A stretch of 64,000 nucleotides of DNA, taken from NCBI GenBank assembly GCA_963803715.1, contig CAWDOF010000025.1:153753-217752 (forward strand), given 5' to 3'. This stretch comes from an uncultured Flavobacteriaceae bacterium. GTDB taxonomy: Bacteria; Bacteroidota; Bacteroidia; Flavobacteriales; Flavobacteriaceae. Under the pieces are notes generated by a model. It saw only the letters and a program-made list of their open reading frames with translations, did not search any database and had not been told where the DNA came from. The translations under genes and the position numbers were made by a program. The first letter of the stretch is position 1, and each line of letters opens with the position of its first letter. This document shows positions 58,561 to 64,000 of this stretch, piece after piece.

Positions 58561-59643
58561 CTACATTTTTTGGTAAAGCGCTTTGAGCTTTTGGGGTGTG
58601 ATTATATTTTTCCAATTTTTTCCAATGGCATTTTCCCAAAGCGGTTCTAAACTCAAGGCTACCCCTATCATAGTGTCAAATTCAGCATCAGATAGATTTG
58701 CACAAATACCTTGCGGCAATTCAATATCGTGTTTGGCTTTCATTTTCCTGAACAACTTGACACCTTCAGGATAATACTCATCGAGATGGTCAAATACAAT
58801 GCAATTTCCAATACCGTGTTTTGTTCCCAATAAATAAGATAAACCGTAACTCATTGCGTGGGCAACACCCACTTGAGAATAAGCGATGCTCATTCCGCCG
58901 TGCCATGAGGCCATCATTAATTCATCTTGGGCATCTTTTTTCGAAAGGGAATCATCCATAAAAATGGCCTTACAAAGTTCAAAGGCCTTCTCGCCGTAGC
59001 TTTTACTAAACGCATTTAGATAGGTACCGTTAAGAGATTCTATACAATGAATGTAACAATCCATACCCGTATAAAACCATTGATTCTTTGGAACATCTTT
59101 GGTTAGTTCTGGGTCCAGAACAACTTGGTCAAAAGGTGTATAGTCTGAATTTATACCCAACTTTTTATCGGGACCGGTTAATACTGTTGTTCGCGATACT
59201 TCAGAACCTGTACCCGATATAGTAGGTACACCCACATGATAGATTGCGGGATTTTTTACCAAATCCCAGCCTTGGTAGTTCTTGGTTTCACCTTTATTGG
59301 TTAGCATGATTGCCACTGCTTTGGCCAAATCCAATATAGTACCGCCTCCAATACCTATAATTCCTGAAGGCCTATCCTTATGATTTAGAATTATCTGTTC
59401 CACAAGCTCATCTACCTGAGAGGTCTTGGGTTCTTCTGCTGCCGAAATATAAAGTACGTTATCATCATAAGCCAGAGGAATCCTTGACGTGAGCCAGGAG
59501 TTACCCTTAAAAACATCATCAACTAGGAATATAAATGGCGCTTTGACATTTAACCGCTGTGGAGATATAATATCGCCTAACTGATTGAAACTGCCACGTC
59601 CAAAAATAACTCTGGACACCATTGGATAATTTTTATAATTCAT
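58561..59643 (-). CDS. iron-containing (group III) alcohol dehydrogenase family protein
   Basis: 360 aa with the GIGGGTILD nucleotide-binding motif and His-rich metal site (HAMSYGL, WHGG). Confidence 0.8.
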   Translation of the reverse strand: MNYKNYPMVSRVIFGRGSFNQLGDIISPQRLNVKAPFIFLVDDVFKGNSWLTSRIPLAYDDNVLYISAAEEPKTSQVDELVEQIILNHKDRPSGIIGIGGGTILDLAKAVAIMLTNKGETKNYQGWDLVKNPAIYHVGVPTISGTGSEVSRTTVLTGPDKKLGINSDYTPFDQVVLDPELTKDVPKNQWFYTGMDCYIHCIESLNGTYLNAFSKSYGEKAFELCKAIFMDDSLSKKDAQDELMMASWHGGMSIAYSQVGVAHAMSYGLSYLLGTKHGIGNCIVFDHLDEYYPEGVKLFRKMKAKHDIELPQGICANLSDAEFDTMIGVALSLEPLWENAIGKNWKNIITPQKLKALYQKM

Positions 59644-59847
59644 TTAATAATCTTCTTTGACAAAAATAAAGACATAGTTTGATATAAGTCCGCATCTATT
59701 GAGATAATGTTGAAATTTCTCGCAGAAAATTTTGGAATAATCATTCTTCAAAGGTGTGATTTACGTTTATGTCAATATTCATTTTTATTTCATAATAATT
59801 TTTAAGATCAAACTTAGAGATAGCTCAATTTGGCATAATGACTGTCA

Positions 59848-60603
59848 TTAGTTAATGAGTCTCTTTAAATCGGTCAAACTATTCAAGGTCTCATAACCCT
59901 GTTTTTTACCCGAATGATTCTGAACTTCTTCGTGCAACCAAGTGGTGTGAAAAGGAATATGAATGGCACGTGCTTTCAAATTGACCAAAGGCAACACATC
60001 AGACTTTAATGAATTGCCTACCATCAAAAACTCCGATGGTTTAATTTCCAATCGATTAAGTAATTCTGAATAATTATTTTCTTTCTTATCACTTAAAATT
60101 TCGATATGATGAAAATAGTTAGTAAGATTAGATTTTTCCAATTTACGTTCTTGGTCGAGTAAGTCGCCTTTTGTAATAAGAATCAATCTGTACTTTTGGG
60201 ATAATACTTTTAAGGTTTCCTCTACGCCGTCGAGCAATTCTATTGGCTTGTTGAGCATAGACTTACCAATATCCAATATCTTCTTTATTTTTTCGTTTGA
60301 AATGGTATTGTTTGAAATTTCCAAGGCCATTTCAACCATAGATAACGTGAAACCTTTAATACCATAACCGTATAACGAAAGGTTTTTCATTTCTATCTTA
60401 AAGAGTTCTTGGTCAATTTTATTTGCGGTTTCATAAGGTGCCAAAAGTTTTGCGATTTCTGTTTCGGCATCCCTAAAATAGGTTTCATTGACCCAGAGCG
60501 TATCGTCTGCATCAAATCCTATAATTTTTATGTTATTGTAATTATCTTCCATTTTGCAATGCAATAAATCGCCTTTTAATCGAATCGGCATTTTTATCGC
60601 CAT
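59848..60603 (-). CDS. HAD-superfamily hydrolase
   Basis: DxD motif FDADDTLW, and GNSLKSD. The start could be a later Met (60552). Confidence 0.75.
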   Translation of the reverse strand: MAIKMPIRLKGDLLHCKMEDNYNNIKIIGFDADDTLWVNETYFRDAETEIAKLLAPYETANKIDQELFKIEMKNLSLYGYGIKGFTLSMVEMALEISNNTISNEKIKKILDIGKSMLNKPIELLDGVEETLKVLSQKYRLILITKGDLLDQERKLEKSNLTNYFHHIEILSDKKENNYSELLNRLEIKPSEFLMVGNSLKSDVLPLVNLKARAIHIPFHTTWLHEEVQNHSGKKQGYETLNSLTDLKRLIN

Positions 60604-61322
60604 AGTTTTTTTGCCCGGTCAAGATCTTCTGGCGTATCGATTTCTACACCTTGAATATGTGTTTCTACCATTTTAATTCGTTTGCCGTATTCCAGGTACC
60701 TTATGCACTCAATTTTTTCGGTCGCTTCTAAGAACTGCATCGGGAGATTGTAAAAATCAAGGACTGCCTGTTTTCTAAACGCATAAATTCCTTTATGCTT
60801 AAAATATCTAGTATTAACATCTTTATCTCTTTGAAAAGGAATTGGGCTGCGAGAAAAGTAAAGTGCGAAATCATTTTGGTCAACAATCACCTTGACCGTG
60901 TTGGGATTATTGATTTCCTCCCAATCTGTGATTTCGACCATTAAGGATGCCAAATCAATAGTTTTAGCATCATCGTTTTTAAAAACCTCCAAGACTTTCC
61001 TTAGGCTTTCTGCCTCGGTAAAAGGTTCGTCACCTTGAACGTTGACAACAATATCAATATCCATATTTTCAACCGCCTCTGCTATACGATCGCTGCCAGA
61101 TTGATGTTCCTTTTTACTCATTATCGCTTTACCACCATTGTTGGTAATTTCATCATAAATGACGGTGCTATCGGTAACTACATAAACACTATCGAAAAGC
61201 TGTGTTGCCACCGTGGCCTCGTAGGTTCTTAATATAACAGATTTACCCATTAAATCTTGCATCAGTTTTCCAGGAAACCGAGATGCAGCATATCGAGCGG
61301 GAATCATTGAAATGATTTTCAT
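60594..61322 (-). CDS. kdsB: 3-deoxy-manno-octulosonate cytidylyltransferase
   Basis: [21 protein letters not shown].., NVQGDEP, and length typical of KdsB. Confidence 0.9.
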   Translation of the reverse strand: MKIISMIPARYAASRFPGKLMQDLMGKSVILRTYEATVATQLFDSVYVVTDSTVIYDEITNNGGKAIMSKKEHQSGSDRIAEAVENMDIDIVVNVQGDEPFTEAESLRKVLEVFKNDDAKTIDLASLMVEITDWEEINNPNTVKVIVDQNDFALYFSRSPIPFQRDKDVNTRYFKHKGIYAFRKQAVLDFYNLPMQFLEATEKIECIRYLEYGKRIKMVETHIQGVEIDTPEDLDRAKKLWR

Positions 61323-61457
61323 AAAAAAAAAGATTAATACCTGATGCAATCAAAAATATATATTTTATATGGAATTGAATAGTAGCGGCTATTTTCTTTT
61401 TGTTATACCCATCAATATTATGAGCCTTCAACTAAAAGGGCCATGGTCTTAAAAGTT

Positions 61458-62882
61458 TTATTCTTCAAAAAAATTATCCTTAAAGCCGATGAGATATAAT
61501 TTTTCTTCAGCTCTTGTAATCGCAGTATAAAGCCAACGCACGTAGTCCCTATCGATACCGTTTGGTAGATAAGGCTGTTCCACAAAAATGTTTTTCCATT
61601 GGCCGCCTTGTGATTTGTGACAGGTTATGGCGTAAGAAAACTTAACCTGGAGCGCGTTGAAAAATGAGTTCCCCTTTATCTTGAGGAACTTTTTGTATTT
61701 AGATGGCTCATCTTCATAATCCTTTTGGACTTCCTGATAAAGTCTGTTATTGTCTTCATAAGTAAGAGAAGGTGTTTCGGCCTCAATAGTATCCAATAAC
61801 AGAACGGTTTCAAAAGGCTGCATTTTGGGGTAATCTACCATTTGGATTTTCACCTCTGCAAAGCGGAAACCGTATAAAGATTTTATAGCGAAAATCTCTA
61901 ATACCTGAACAATATCGCCGTTGGCAATAAAACCTGCCTCAGAGGTGGGTTTAACCCAAAAATAATTATTCTTTACCACCATTAAAAAATCTCCAACCGT
62001 AAGCTCGTTCTCGTTAAATAAAATACGCTGCCTAATATTCTGGTTATATAGGTTGGCACGTTTATTACTCCTTACAATAATAGCCGTTTCTTCATGACCG
62101 TTTGCCGAATAGGAATCGTTAATGGCATCCATAATTTCATAACCATCCACCAATCTAATAATATCCTCAAAACCTCGGACATCAAACTGAAACGATTCAA
62201 AAAACTCAGTGTGCAGCACTTCTCTTAACCTTGTCGCGTTAACCAAGATGCCAGAATCCTGTTCTTGCCTAACCACTTCATCAAGTTCAATACTAATGAT
62301 GGTTTTATTATAATTAAGTTCTAAAAGCTGAGCATCCAACGCAGGAGAGACATCGGCTTTTACTGGGGGCAATTGTGCCTTATCTCCAATGAGTAATAAT
62401 TTACAGTTATGACCAGAATACACGTACTGCATGAGGTCGTCTAAAAGTGAAGTGCTCTCAAAATTTCTATTGTCGGTCGGTACGTCGGGTATCATTGAGG
62501 CCTCGTCCACAATAAAAATAGTGTTACGATGCTTATTGGGCTGTAAGGTAAATTTTACGCCGCCGCCCTTATCTTTCTTAGGGAAATAGATTTTTTTATG
62601 AATTGTAAAGGCTTCTTTCTTAGAATAATTGGAAATCACCTTTGCGGCGCGTCCTGTTGGTGCCATCAATACAGCGCTTTTTTTCACCTCCCACAAGTTT
62701 GAAACCAGCGTGCCCACGATACTTGTTTTTCCTGTACCAGCATAGCCTTTTAGAAGATAAATGGCTTGATTGGTTTCTTCTAAAACAAATTTCGAAAGAT
62801 GTTCTAGCACAACGTTTTGCTTAATTGTGGGCTCAAAGGGAAATTTACGTTTTAAAAGTCTAAAAAATTCTGAGGAAGTCAT
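61458..62882 (-). CDS. RecD-like SF1 DNA helicase
   Basis: Walker A GYAGTGKTS, DEASM, and the C-terminal ITCHKSQGGQW motif. Confidence 0.8.
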   Translation of the reverse strand: MTSSEFFRLLKRKFPFEPTIKQNVVLEHLSKFVLEETNQAIYLLKGYAGTGKTSIVGTLVSNLWEVKKSAVLMAPTGRAAKVISNYSKKEAFTIHKKIYFPKKDKGGGVKFTLQPNKHRNTIFIVDEASMIPDVPTDNRNFESTSLLDDLMQYVYSGHNCKLLLIGDKAQLPPVKADVSPALDAQLLELNYNKTIISIELDEVVRQEQDSGILVNATRLREVLHTEFFESFQFDVRGFEDIIRLVDGYEIMDAINDSYSANGHEETAIIVRSNKRANLYNQNIRQRILFNENELTVGDFLMVVKNNYFWVKPTSEAGFIANGDIVQVLEIFAIKSLYGFRFAEVKIQMVDYPKMQPFETVLLLDTIEAETPSLTYEDNNRLYQEVQKDYEDEPSKYKKFLKIKGNSFFNALQVKFSYAITCHKSQGGQWKNIFVEQPYLPNGIDRDYVRWLYTAITRAEEKLYLIGFKDNFFEE

Positions 62883-63087
62883 CACGAAATAATATTTGAA
62901 AGGCGGCTGCAAGATAGCGTTAAAACCTTAAAGCGATTAATCTAAGCCATTGCACAAAATTGTTGTTAAATATGGAACAATTTTTATATCTTTCGACTTT
63001 ATCTGATATTTTACTACAATATTTTAACCATTGAAAAAAAATTGTAGATTTGTCCAACTCCTAAATAAAAAATAAAAAACACTAACT

Positions 63088-63831
63088 ATGTTAAATGTTA
63101 TTCTTGTTGTTGTAGGCCTCATATTTCTTACAATATTAATAGTATGGTTAATAGATAAGTTTGTCCCAAAATCACTTAAGCCAGTTTTAAACTTGGCACT
63201 TTGGGCCTTGATCATCTTTTTGGGCTATCTCACGTTCAACTCTGTTTATGGAGAAATAAAATTTAATAAATTAAAAGAAGATCGCTATAAAAAAGTAATT
63301 GTCAAATTACAGGACATTCGTGATGCAGAAATGGCACACAGAACCGTTACAGGTGAATTTACTGGAGAATTTGATAATCTGATAAAATTTATTGATACGG
63401 CACAATTTACAATTACCCAACGCAGAGATTCTACTGTAATTGATGAGGAACTGACTCGAAGATTCGGTGGTGTTGAAACAACTAAGGACATCGTGATTAT
63501 AGATACCCTTGATTTTGTATCTGTTAGGGATTCTTTATTTGGAGCAGATACGCGTTACAAGAAAATGATGGAATTACCACAGAATATTGGCCCTGCATCT
63601 GGAGCGAAATTTCAGTTGAAAGCTGGAAAAATTGACGATGGAAAAATTCCTGTTTTTGAAGCATCTGTAGAGAAAGCTGTTATTCTACAAGACCAAGATA
63701 AAAATCTAATTGCCAAAGAAAAAGAAGTCATGTCGGTAGATGGTGTTAGAGGACCAACCCTAAAAGTAGGCTCAATGGATGAAGCTGATACCACAGGAAA
63801 TTGGCCAAAGAATCTTGCTGCAAAAAATTAG
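63088..63831 (+). CDS. hypothetical membrane-anchored protein
   Basis: 247 aa with two N-terminal TM helices. No recognisable family. Confidence 0.4.
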   Translation: MLNVILVVVGLIFLTILIVWLIDKFVPKSLKPVLNLALWALIIFLGYLTFNSVYGEIKFNKLKEDRYKKVIVKLQDIRDAEMAHRTVTGEFTGEFDNLIKFIDTAQFTITQRRDSTVIDEELTRRFGGVETTKDIVIIDTLDFVSVRDSLFGADTRYKKMMELPQNIGPASGAKFQLKAGKIDDGKIPVFEASVEKAVILQDQDKNLIAKEKEVMSVDGVRGPTLKVGSMDEADTTGNWPKNLAAKN

Positions 63832-63968
63832 ATTGGCTTACTTCTATTCAAAATCCATTACCGATAAAGAATTCAAGTTGCTAAATGTTTTCAATTTGCA
63901 TTGTATATTAAATAGTGTCAATTGAAACTAAACTGATTATAATTGAAAACTAAACCAGTAAAAGAACT

Positions 63969-63996
63969 GTCCATTCAAATTAATTTGAATGGACTT
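63969..63996 (+). terminator. strong rho-independent terminator at the window end
   Basis: gtccattcaaatt/aatttgaatggac is a perfect 13-bp palindromic stem followed by tttctt. Confidence 0.65.
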
Positions 63997-64000
63997 TCTT

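Overview
AT-rich chromosomal segment that looks like Flavobacteriia (Bacteroidota). Supporting markers are a T9SS C-terminal sorting domain, DUF349, tandem DUF368, a fused 2-oxoacid dehydrogenase E1 alpha/beta, a TPR-HisKA-REC-AraC hybrid sensor, and TAnnTTTG-type promoter boxes. Most of the window is housekeeping: a menaquinone-linked thioesterase, exbD, ung, mutS2-like, aroC, lpxH-like, uvrB, aroE, kdsB, a RecD-like helicase and a dual cyclophilin-FKBP PPIase. I saw no rRNA, tRNA, CRISPR array, transposase or integrase. The standout is a same-strand accessory locus of about 15 kb (26.9-42.1 kb), immediately downstream of the hybrid sensor/AraC regulator (42.3-45.2 kb). It encodes five paralogous secreted proteins that resemble phage tail fibres or YadA heads. 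They share a conserved N-terminal module of about 105 aa but carry swapped shaft and tip modules, and two end in peptidase S74 intramolecular-chaperone domains with an intact Ser-Lys dyad. These genes are interleaved with an OmpA-like lipoprotein, a double-pass membrane protein, two lipoproteins and a secreted protein. There are no phage morphogenesis genes, no T9SS sorting domains on the fibres and no autotransporter anchors. Both transcription-unit starts of the locus carry the same arrangement: TGTTACA, 21 bp, TGTTACA, 37 bp, then a -7-like box. My hypothesis is a regulated cell-surface fibre system with modular tips. Four genes in the window have single-site reading-frame disruptions (DCC oxidoreductase, M14 peptidase, the OmpA-like lipoprotein, the second DUF368 copy). 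These could be real pseudogenes or indel errors. All functional calls come from reading the translated ORFs and motifs by eye; no database search was run.
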